Assembly (NCBI RefSeq): GCF_039654945.1
Contig: NW_027361968.1
Coordinates: 1,984,001-2,048,000, forward strand
Direction: 5' to 3'
Origin: Dendrobates tinctorius
Lineage: Eukaryota
DNA: 64,000 nucleotides
The notes under the pieces were generated by a model, which saw only the letters and a list, made by a program, of their open reading frames with translations, was not told the origin of the DNA and searched no databases. Positions 1 to 12,000 of the stretch are shown piece by piece; position 1 is the stretch's first letter, and the number at the start of each line of letters is the position of its first letter. Position numbers and translations under genes: made by a program.

Positions 1-44
1 TGGTGGTCAAGTGTGTGGACCTCACTTCCTTTCTTCCCACTCAG

Positions 45-3000
45 GGATGCACGTTGTGAAGATTGGGGGTCCCGTCTATAGGATTGGGGTAGGCGGTGGT
101 GCCGCATCTTCCATTCAAGTAAGTAATGATTCTAAAATGTATCGTATGCATTACAGACATTGTTTCAGATCGATACTTAGTTCTTGGGGGGTGATCAGGT
201 TCAGGGGGACAACGCCAGTGAACTGGACTTTGGGGCAGTGCAGCGAGGGGACGCGGAGATGGAGCAGAAAATGAACCGAGCTGTCCGCGCCTGTGTGGAG
301 CGAGGCGAGAGGAATCCAATCTGTAGCATTCACGACCAGGGGGCCGGTGGGAATGGTGAGCAATGGATGACTGCATTGTCACTTCTGCCCCTGTGAATCC
401 TTCTCTGGTTTTTGCCTCTGTCTTGACTTGTAGACTTCTCATCTTTGCAGGAAATGTCCTGAAGGAGCTGAGTGAGCCGCAAGGAGCCGTCATCTACACC
501 AAGAACTTTCAGGTAGGAAACCTGTGGATCTTCTGGGTGCAGGATCTCCTGGATCAGTAACGGCTCTCTGATCATCTGTCTTCCTCCAGTTAGGTGATCC
601 CACTCTGAGCGTCCTGGAGATTTGGGGGGCCGAATACCAGGAATCTAACGCTTTGCTCATCCGTCCAGAGGATGCAGAATTCCTGCAGTCCGTGTGTCGT
701 AGGGAGAGGTCTCCAGTGGATTTTGTGGGTAGAATCTCAGGAGATGGCCGGGTGAGAACCTACATCCCCCTTGAGTCAAGGATGGAGCTCCATTATATAC
801 GGAGTCGGATAATATCCCCCTAAATTAGACCAGACCTTTGTTGTCCTCATGTGCAATACTTCTGTTTTCTTGATCTTGAGGTCTTCATTGATGAGATCTA
901 TAATCTTTCTCCTGTATAGATCGTCTTAGTAAATGGGAGTGAGAACGATCCTGTGCCGGATCGCAGTGATCGTAACTGTATCCCGGTGGACCTGGAGCTG
1001 GAGTGGGTCCTGGGGAAGATGCCTCAGAAGGTAGAGAGCCTAATTCGTGTCTGGTTCCTCCAGACATGGCGACCTTGTTGTGACACTCTGGTCTTTTATT
1101 TCTCCTTTTCTATAGGAGTTTGAGCTGAGTCGCGTTCCCCCCACACTATTATCACTGACCCTCCCTGAAAATCTGAGTGTCCAGCACGCACTGGAGCGTG
1201 TCCTGAAACTGCCGTCTGTGGCTAGCAAACGATACCTGACCAACAAGGTGGATTTCATGTCCATGCTGGCACTTGTGGTGACTTCATAGCTATCCACAGT
1301 CACCTGGTAACTTCTCTCTGTCTGCAGGTGGATCGCTCGGTCACCGGTCTTGTGGCCCAGCAGCAATGTGTGGGGCCACTTCACACCCCCTTGGCAGATG
1401 TAGCTGTCATCTCGCTGTCGTACACGGACACTGTAGGTGGCGCCACAGCAATTGGGGAGCAGCCAATTAAAGGCCTCCTGGACCCGGCCGCAGGGGCCCG
1501 CATGGCGGTGGGCGAGGCTCTTACAAATCTGGTGTTTGCCTTAGTGACTGACCTAAAGGTAATTTTCCTGTGAACTTCAGGGGATTCTGGTGGTGTCATC
1601 GGTGCAGGATGTACACCGCTTTGTGTGGAGGTCTGCCATGTGTCTCAATTAAAGGGGAACCTCGGCCGTTGACCCCTGTGGTAGTGCCCGTTTTTCCAGT
1701 CTCTTGTCGGCCACCCCTCCGTACAGTCGCTCATCTCTTATTATTTTTGCAGGATGTGAAGTGTAGCGGTAACTGGATGTGGGCAGCCAAACTCCCGGGA
1801 GAAGGTGCCGCGCTGTACGATGCATGTGTGGCCATGTGTGATGTCATGGCGCATGTCGGGATCGCGGTGGATGGAGGAAAAGACTCTCTCAGTATGGCCG
1901 CCAGAGTGGGACCAGAGACTGTGAAGGCTCCAGGTGACCCATGGCCCTGTGTCCTCCCAAGGGTCCTGTCTCCATCCTCCCGGTCTCATATTGTCTCTGC
2001 TTTCTAGGGTCTCTGGTCATCTCTGTCTATGCCGTGTGCCCCGATATCTCTGCCACCGTCACACCAGACCTGAAGAACCCCGGGCAGAAGGGTAAGTGCC
2101 CCCAGTGGTCTGGCACCATGGGGCTACATACAGCAGAGGACCAGGAATAATTCTGGCCTCTTCTCTCTGCACCCCAGGCGTCCTCCTCTACGTCCCCGTC
2201 AATCCCGGGAAGCATCGTCTGGGTGGCAGCGCCCTGGCTCAGTGCTATTTACAGCTGGGAGAGCACCCGCCGGACCTGGACGACCCCCAGACCTTGGTCT
2301 CCTGCTTTAAGGTCACACAAGATCTCATCAAAGGTAAGACCATTCTGATTCACATCCAGAGCTGCGCTCTCCATTCTGCTGATTTGCTGTTGGCTCTCAG
2401 GTTGCCGGAGGCGCATGGGTTTTATTACTTGGTGACCACACACTATGGTGTAATGTGGGAGATGACCACAACTGCTACAGTCTACAGCAGAGCAAAATCT
2501 GGGCTGATGGCAGAGCGCCGGATGTAGAGCGCAGAAGTCAAGATCGCTGTGTCATCAGCAGCACAGCAGCCACCAAGATAGCAAACCTTCCTCCAGTGTG
2601 ATGTAGTGAGCTTTGTCACCTAGGTCACTCCCTGTGCGAAGACCAGCAGCCGAGATAGCAAACCTTCCACTGTGATGTAGGAGCTTTGTCACCTAGGTCA
2701 CTGCCTGTGCGAAGACCAGCAGCCGAGATAGCAAACCTTCCTCCAGTGTGATGTAGTGAGCTTTGTCATCTAGGTCACTGCCTGTGCGAAGATCAGCAGC
2801 CGAGATAGCAAACCTTCCTCCAGTGTGATGTAGTGAGCTTTGTCATCTAGGTCACTGCCTGTGCGAAGATCAGCAGCTGAGATAGCAAACCTTCCTCCAG
2901 TGTGATGTAGTGAGCTTTGTCATCCAGGTCACTGCCTGTGCGAAGATCAGCAGCCGAGATAGCAAACCTTCCAGTGTGATGTAGTGAGCTTTGTCATCTA

Positions 3001-6000
3001 GGTCACTGCCTGTGCGAAGATCAGCAGCTGAGATAGCAAACCTTCCAGTGTGATGTAGTGAGCTTTGTCACCTAGGTCACTGCCTGTGCGAAGATCAGCA
3101 GCCGAGATAGCAAACCTTCCAGTGTGATGTATTGAGCTTTGTCATCCAGGTCACTGCCTGTGCGAAGACCAGCAGCTGAGATAGCAAACCTTCCAGTGTG
3201 ATGTAGGAGCTTTGTCATCCAGGTCACTGCCTGTGCGAAGATCAGCAGCCGAGATAGCAAACCTTCCAGTGTGAGGTAGTGAGCTTTGTCATCCAGGTCA
3301 CTGCCTATGCGAAGATCAGCAGCCGACAGCAAACATTCCAGTGTGATGTAGGAGCTTTGTCATCTAGGTCACTGCCTGTGCGAAGATCAGCAGCCGACAT
3401 AGCAAACCTTCCAGTGTGATGTAGTGAGCTTTGTCATCTAGGTCACTGCCTGTACGAAGATCAGCAGCCGACATAGCAAACCTTCCAGTGTGATGTAGTG
3501 AGCTTTGTCATCTAGGTCACTGCCTGTGCGAAGATCAGCAGCCGAGATAGCAAACCTTCCAGTGTGATGTAGGAGCTTTGTCATCTAGGTCACTGCCTGT
3601 GTGAAGATCAGCAGCCGAGATAGCAAACCTTCCAGTGTGATGTAGGAGCTTTGTCATCTAGGTCACTGCCTGTGCGAAGATCAGCAGCTGAGATAGCAAA
3701 CCTTCCAGTGTGATGTAGTGAGCTTTGTCATCTAGGTCACTGCCTGTGCGAAGATCAGCAGCCGACATAGCAAACCTTCCAGTGTGATGTAGTGAGCTTT
3801 GTCATCTAGGTCACTGCCTGTGCGAAGATCAGCAGCCGAGATAGCAAACCTTCCACTGTGATGTAGTGAGCTTTGTCACCTAGGTCACTGCCTGTGCGAA
3901 GATCAGCAGCTGAGATAGCAAACCTTCCACTGCGATGTAGTGAGCTTTGTCACCTAGGTCACTGCCTGTGTGAAGATCAGCAGCCGAGATAGCAAACCTT
4001 CCAGTGTGATGTAGGAGCTTTGTCATCTAGGTCACTGCCTGTGCGAAGATCAGCAGCTGAGATAGCAAACCTTCCAGTGTGATGTAGTGAGCTTTGTCAT
4101 CCAGGTCACTGCCTGTGCGAAGATCAGCAGCCGAGATAGCAAACCTTCCAGTGTGATGTAGTGAGCTTTGTCATCCAGGTCACTGCCTGTGCGAAGACCA
4201 GCAGCTGAGATAGCAAACCTTCCAGTGTGATGTAGGAGCTTTGTCATCTAGGTCACTGCCTGTGAGAAGATCAGCAGCCGAGATAGCAAACCTTCCAGTG
4301 TGATGTAGGAGCTTTGTCATCTAGGTCACTGCCTGTGCGAAGATCAGCAGCCGAGATAGCAAACCTTCCACTGTGATGTAGTGAGCTTTGTCACCTAGGT
4401 CACTGCCTGTGCGAAGATCAGCAGCCGACATAGCAAACCTTCCAGTGTGATGTAGTGAGCTTTGTCATCTAGGTCACTGCCTGTGCGAAGATCAGCAGCT
4501 GAGATAGCAAACCTTCCAGTGTGATGTAGTGAGCTTTGTCATCTAGGTCACTGCCTGTGCGAAGATCAGCAGCCGACATAGCAAACCTTCCAGTGTGATG
4601 TAGGAGCTTTGTCATCTAGGTCACTGCCTGTGCGAAGATCAGCAGCCGACATAGCAAACCTTCCAGTGTGATGTAGGAGCTTTGTCATCTAGGTCACTGC
4701 CTGTGCGAAGATCAGCAGCTGAGATAGCAAACCTTCCAGTGTGATGTAGTGAGCTTTGTCATCTAGGTCACTGCCTGTGCGAAGATCAGCAGCCGAGATA
4801 GCAAACCTTCCAGTGTGATGTAGTGACTTTTGTCATCCAGGTCACTGCCTGTGTGAAGATCAGCAGCCGAGATAGCAAACCTTCCAATGTGATGTAGTGA
4901 GCTTTGCCTGTGCGAAGATCAGCAGCTGAAGATGAGCTGCTCACGACTGCTGCACTCTGCATAGGCAGCCGTCTAGCTGTCCAGTGCTGCACTGCTCTCT
5001 TCTACCACTCCACATCTCTTCACTCACTCTTTCTTATAAGTTGACCTTTTTCTAAGTTTTTACATATTTTTCTTAACCCTGAGGGCCAGGGCTACAGCTA
5101 GGGACCGTGTGAGCTTTAGGGATAGGGGGAGGTTTAGGGATAGGGGAGGTTTGGGGCTGGAGTTATAAAATGGTTACATAAAGTCTGTAACAATGTATCA
5201 ATTCATTTTTGACACTTTATAGGTAACAACCGCGGAATGCGGGGAGGGCAGGACTACTGCACACTACATCTCCCACATTACACAGCCGCAGAACATGGGC
5301 CGGCGCTGAACCTGCAGGATGTCTGATGGTCTCGGTGCCTTTTCTGTGTTTCGGTACTTTGCACGCTATTTTAACCCTTCCTCTGCCTCCTCTCATCCGC
5401 AGAGCGTGCGCTGAGCGCGGGGCACGACGTCAGTGATGGCGGCCTGATTACGTGCCTCCTGGAGATGGTGTTCGCTGGTAACTGCGGGCTGGACGTGGAG
5501 TTCTCCGCCCCAGACGTCAGCGGTGAGTCTCTGCGCAGCTTCTCGCGGATGATGGTCGGCGTCTGGATGTCTTAACGCCTCCTTCCTCTTCCTCAGCTCT
5601 GGACCTGCTCTTCTCGGAGGAGCTGGGGATTGTTCTGGAGGTCTCGGAGGCGGCACATGAGCGAGTCATCCAGCAGTACCGAGCTGCGGGGCTGCAGTGC
5701 GTGACGCTGGGACGGACGCAGGGAAGGGGCCCGAGCTCTCCGGTATGTCCCATCATGGGTAACATGAACCCTGAAGTTATAAAAGGTACAGGACGTGCGC
5801 TGGAGACGCCTGTGCTCACCCGTGTCCCCTGTGCTCACCCGTGTCCCCTGTGCTCACCCGTGTCCCCTGTGCTCACCCGTGTCCCCTGTGCTGCTGTTTA
5901 TGTATTTGCATTAATTTGCATTTCTCCTTCCATTGTCCCCGCCTCTTAAAGGAGACCTTTTCTTTTTAAATCTCTAGGTCAGAGTCTGTGTCAATGGGGA

Positions 6001-9000
6001 GGAGGTCCTGTGCGATGACGTGGGGACGCTGCGGGCGCGGTGGGAGGAGACAAGTTTCCAGTTGGAGCGATTGCAGGCGAACCCCGGTTGTGTGACCCAG
6101 GAGGAGGCAGGGCTTCTTAAGAGGGAGGGGCCAAACTACCAGCTGACGTTCGATCCATCACAGAAGCCGGCTGTGATAGGTGCAGTAGTGATGGATGGTG
6201 GTGGTGATACGGGAGGGTGTGGGGTGACTGTGTAACTGGGCACGTCTCTCGCCCTCGCAGGTTCGGCTCAGCCGTGTGTCGCTGTTGTACGTGAAGAGGG
6301 CAGTAACGGCGACAGAGAGATGGCGGCCGCGCTGCTGATGGCCGGGTTTGAGGTAATGCATTGTACTGTACGTCCATAATATTACATTATTACATGCCCT
6401 ATGGCGTTACTCCAGTCACATCACAAGCTGCAGAACAAGCTCTACTGACTCTCAGGATCTTCTCATTCCCCTCCATTGTACGGCCACCACTTCTCCCATC
6501 AGACTCTCTGCTTCTCATCAGGTCTGGGATGTCACCATGGAAGATCTTCTGTCCGGAGGAGCAACGCTGGATATTTTTAGGGGTCTGATATTTGTTGGAG
6601 GATTCAGCTATGCAGATGTTCTAGGGTCTGCGAAAGGCAAGTGACCAACGGGATGTAGAAACCTACACAGTGAGAGTAGTACTGACAAAATACTGCCCCC
6701 TACAGACCGGAGCTAATATTATGTATAAGGGCAGTATTATAAAAGTTATATTCTTGTACATAGGGGCAGTATTATAATAGTTATATTCTTGTACATAGGG
6801 GCAGTATTATAATAGTTATATTCTTGTACATAGGGTCAGTATTATAGTAGATATATTATTGTACACAGGAGCAGTATTATAGTAGTTATATTCTTGTACA
6901 TAGGGAGCAGTAGTATAGTAGTTATATTCTTGTACATAGGGGGCAGTATTATAATAGTTATATTCTTGTACATAGGGGCAGTATTATAGTAGTTATATTC
7001 TTGTACATAGGGGGCAGTATTATAATAGTTATATTCTTGTACATAGGGGCAGTATTATAGTAGTTGTATTCTTGTACATAGGAGCAGTATTATATTAGTT
7101 ATATTCTTATACATAGGGGCAGTATTATAGTAGTTATATTCTTGTACATAGGGAGCAGTAGTATAGTAGTTATATTCTTGTACATAGGAGCAGTATTATA
7201 GTAGTTATATTCTTGTACACAGGAGCAGTATTATAGTCGTTATATTCTTGTACATAGGAGCAGTATTATAGTAGTTATATTCTTGTACATAGGGGCAGTA
7301 TTATAGTAGTTATATTCTTGTACATAGGGGCAGTATTATAGTAGTTATATTCTTGTACATAGGGGCAGTATTATAGTAGCTATATTCTTGTACATAGGGG
7401 CAGTATTATAGTAGTTATATTCTTGTACATAGGGGCAGTATTATAGTAGTTATATTCTTGTACATAGGGGCAGTATTATAGTAGTTATATTCTTGTACAT
7501 AGGGGCAGTATTATAGTAATTATATTCTTGTACATAGGGGCAGTATTATAGTAGTTATATTCTTGTACATAGGGGGCAGTATTATAATAGTTATATTCTT
7601 GTACATAGGGGCAGTATTATAGTAGTTATATTCTTATACATAGGGAGCAGTATTATAGTAATTATATTCTTGTACATAGGGGCAGTATTATAGTAGTTAT
7701 ATTCTTGTACATAGGGGGCAGTATTATAATAGTTATATTCTTGTACATAGGGGCAGTATTATAGTAGTTGTATTCTTGTACATAGGAGCAGTATTATATT
7801 AGTTATATTCTTATACATAGGGGCAGTATTATAGTAGTTATATTCTTGTACATAGGGAGCAGTAGTATAGTAGTTATATTCTTGTACATAGGAGCAGTAT
7901 TATAGTAGTTATATTCTTGTACACAGGAGCAGTATTATAGTCGTTATATTCTTGTACATAGGAGCAGTATTATAGTAGTTATATTCTTGTACATAGGGGC
8001 AGTATTATAGTAGTTATATTCTTGTACATAGGGGCAGTATTATAGTAGTTATATTCTTGTACATAGAGGCAGTATTATAGTAGTTATATTCTTGTACATA
8101 GGGGCAGTATTATAGTAGCTATATTCTTGTACATAGGGGCAGTATTATAGTAGTTATATTCTTGTACATAGGGGCAGTATTATAGTAGTTATATTCTTGT
8201 ACATAGGGGCAGTATTATAGTAGTTATATTCTTGTACATAGGGGCAGTATTATAGTAGTTATATTCTTGTACATAGGGGCAGTATTATAGTAGTTATATT
8301 CTTGTACATAGGGGCAGTATTATAGTAGTTATATTCTTGTACTTAGGGGCAGTATTATAGTAGTTATATTCTTGTACATAGGGGCAGTATTATAGTAGTT
8401 ATATTCTTATACATAGGGGCAGTATTATAGTAGTTATATTCTTATACATAGGGGCAGTATTATAGTAGTTATATTCTTGTATATAAGGAGCAGTATTATA
8501 GTAGTTATATTCTTGTACATAGGAGCAGTATTATAGTAGTTACATTCCTGTACATAAGGGGCAGTATTATAGTAGTTATATTCTTATACATAGGGGCAGT
8601 ATTATAGTAGTTATATTCTTGTATATAAGGAGCAGTATTATAGTAGTTATATTCTTGTACATAGGAGCAGTATTATAGTAGTCATATTATTGTACATAGG
8701 GGCAGTATTATAGTAGTTATATTCTTGTACATAGGGAGCAGTAGTATAGTAGTTATATTCTTGTACATAGGAGCAGTATTATAGTAGTTATATTCTTGTA
8801 TATAGGAGCAGTATTATAGTAGTTATATTCTTGCACACAGGAGCAGTATTATATGAGTTATATTCTTGTACATCGGGGGCAGTATTATAGTAATTATATT
8901 CTTGTACATAGGAGCAGTATTATAGTAGTTATATTCTTGGACATAGGGGCAGTATTATAGTAGTTATATTCTTGTACATAGGAGCAGTATTATAGTAGTT

Positions 9001-12000
9001 ATATTCTTGTACATAGGGGCAGTATTATAGTAATTATATTCTTGTACATAGGAGCAGTATTATAGTAATTATATTCTTGCACATAGGGGGCAGTATTATA
9101 GTAGTTATATTCTTGTACATAGGAGCAGTATTATAGTAGTTATATTCTTGTACATAGGGGCAGTATTATAGTAGTCATATTCTTGCGCATAGGGGCAGTA
9201 TTATAGTAGTTATATTCTTGTACATAGGAGGCAGTATTATAGTAGTTATATTCTTGTACATAGAAGCAGTATTATATGAGTTATATTCTTGTACATCGGG
9301 GGCAGTATTATAGTAATTATATTCTTGTACATAGGAGCAGTATTATAGTAGTTATATTCTTGGACATAGGGGCAGTATTATAGTAGTTATATTCTTGTAC
9401 ATAGGAGCAGTATTATAGTAGTTATATTCTTGTACATCGGGGGCAGTATTATAGTAATTATATTCTTGTACATAGGAGCAGTATTATAGTAGTTATATTC
9501 TTGCACATAGGGGGCAGTATTATAGTAGTTATATTCTTGTACATAGGAGCAGTATTATAGTAGTTATATTCTTGTACATAGGGGCAGTATTATAGTAGTC
9601 ATATTCTTGCGCATAGGGGCAGTATTATAGTAGTTATATTCTTGTACATAGGAGGCAGTATTATAGTAGTTATATTCTTGTATATAAGGAGCAGTATTAT
9701 AGTAGTTATATTCTTGTACATAGGAGCAGTATTATAGTAGTTATATTCTTGTATATAGGGGCAGTATTATAGTAGTTATATTCTTGTACATAGGAGCAGT
9801 ATTATAGTAGTTATATTCATGTACATAGGAGCAGTATTATAGTAGTTATATTCTTGTATATAGGGGCAGTATTATAGTAGTTATATTCTTGTATATAGGG
9901 GCAGTATTATAGTAGTTATATTCTTGTATATAGGGGCAGTATTATAGTAGTTATATTCTTGTACATAGGAGCAGTATTATAGTAGTTATATTCTTGTATA
10001 TAGGGGCAGTATTATAGTAGTTATATTCTTGTACATAGGAGCACTATTATAGTAGTTATATTCTTGTACATAGGAGGCAGTATTATAGTAGTTATATTCT
10101 TGCACACAGGAGGCAGTATTATAGTAGTTATATTCTTGTACATATGGGCAGTATTATAGTAGTTATATTCTTGTACATGGGGGGCAGTATTATAGTAGTT
10201 ATATTGTTGTACATAGGAGCAGTATTATAGTAGTTATATTCTTGTACATAGGGGCAGTATTATACTAGTTATATTCTTGTACATACGGGCAGTATTATAG
10301 TAGTTATATTCTTGTACATAGGAGCAGTATTATAGTAGTTATATTCTTGTACATAGGGGCAGTATTATAGTAGTTATATTCTTGCACACAGGAGGCAGTA
10401 TTATAGTAGTTATATTCTTGTACATATGGGCAGTATTATAGTAGTTATATTCTTGTACATAGGGGCAGTATTATAGTAGTTATATTCTTGTACATAGGGG
10501 CAGCATTATAGTAGTTATATTCTTGTACATAGGGGCAGTATTATACTAGTTATATTCTTGTACATAGGGGGCGGTATTATAGTAGTTATATTCTTGTACA
10601 AAGGGGGCAGTATTATACTAGTTATATTCTTGTACATACGGGCAGTATTATAGTAGTTATATTCTTGTACATAGGAGCAGTATTATAGTAGTTATATTCT
10701 TGTACATAGGGGCAGTATTATAGTAGTTATATTCTTGTACATAGGGGCAGCATTATAGTAGTTATATTCTTGTACATAGGGGCAGTATTATAGTAGTTAT
10801 ATTCGTGTACATAGGAGCAGTATTATAGTAGTTATATTCTTGTACATAGGGGCAGTATTATAGTAGTTATATTCTTGTACATAGGGGCAGTATTATAGTA
10901 GTTATATTCTTCTACATGGGGGGCAGTATTATAGTAGTTATATTCTTGTACATAGGGGCAGTATTATAGTAGTTATATTCTTGTACATAGGGGCAGTATT
11001 ATAGTAGTTATATTCTTGTACATAGGGGCAATTTTTATTGTAAAAACAAAACAAATACAAATAACATTCCTCCAATAATACAAAACTGAATTCACTAGGA
11101 TTGTACATACATTCATTACATATCCAGTTTATACATATCAAATTAACTTAGAGTCCATACTCCTAGTTTGAGGAGAGAAAAAAAAAAAACAAAAAAAAAA
11201 ACTTGCAAACAGAGCTCATCATGTTCCTACCCAGTGACTCATCTTTCCATATCTTAACATTTCCTAATTTCTCCTAATGATTTTCCTATCTGAGTTTGGA
11301 CATTATCTGGTTGACAGCGTCACAGATCTGAGTCGGAGTTATTCTGTTCACCACCGGTCTCCATCTCAGACTCTACCCGAGTGCCCTCAGGTAAGGGCTT
11401 CCGCTTTGGCGGAGGACAGTCCTCTACGTCCCTATCACACTCTGCGTCAATTCTGTTAAGGTCATCTTCAAATTCGCCGTCAGACTCAGACAGAACATCA
11501 AACCTGTTAGATACGACCATTACACCTGCAGAGCTCTGGAATTTCTTCCCGGCTCCTTGGCCAGTGTCATACCCCTCAGGTTTACGGGAGGCCTTGTCCT
11601 TTTTCTTCCTTTTCTGATTATTGCTATACTCGTCAGACACGGATGGTAGCACTGAAGTAATGCCTTCCTGTGACCGCTGCCCCTGAGGTACAACCTCCAT
11701 ACTCCCCTGTTCTCTCTCTGAACCCTGCTGCTCTGGTGTTAGCTGAGTAGACCCCTGGTGGACCTCTGGTCTGGTCAGTATTTCCCCTGACAGTAAAGCT
11801 GCCTCCTCCAGAATCTCTGCCCCTGCCACCAAGTCCTCGTCAGGAAAGTCCTTACAGATATTGTGCCAGGCGTCTGGACAGTCCCTGTGAGGGTGACCGA
11901 TCTTCCCACAGAGGTTGCACCTGATGTTCTGGCAGTCTGCAGCTAGATGGCCGACCTCCCCACACAGGCTGCACTTCACCACAGTACAGGTATTCAGGTG

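Noticed and set aside
2566-4928. CATCTAGGTCA in the 74-bp unit as a ROR/REV-ERB element
   Set aside because: It is a short half-site with an imperfect A/T-rich extension, too likely to occur by chance.
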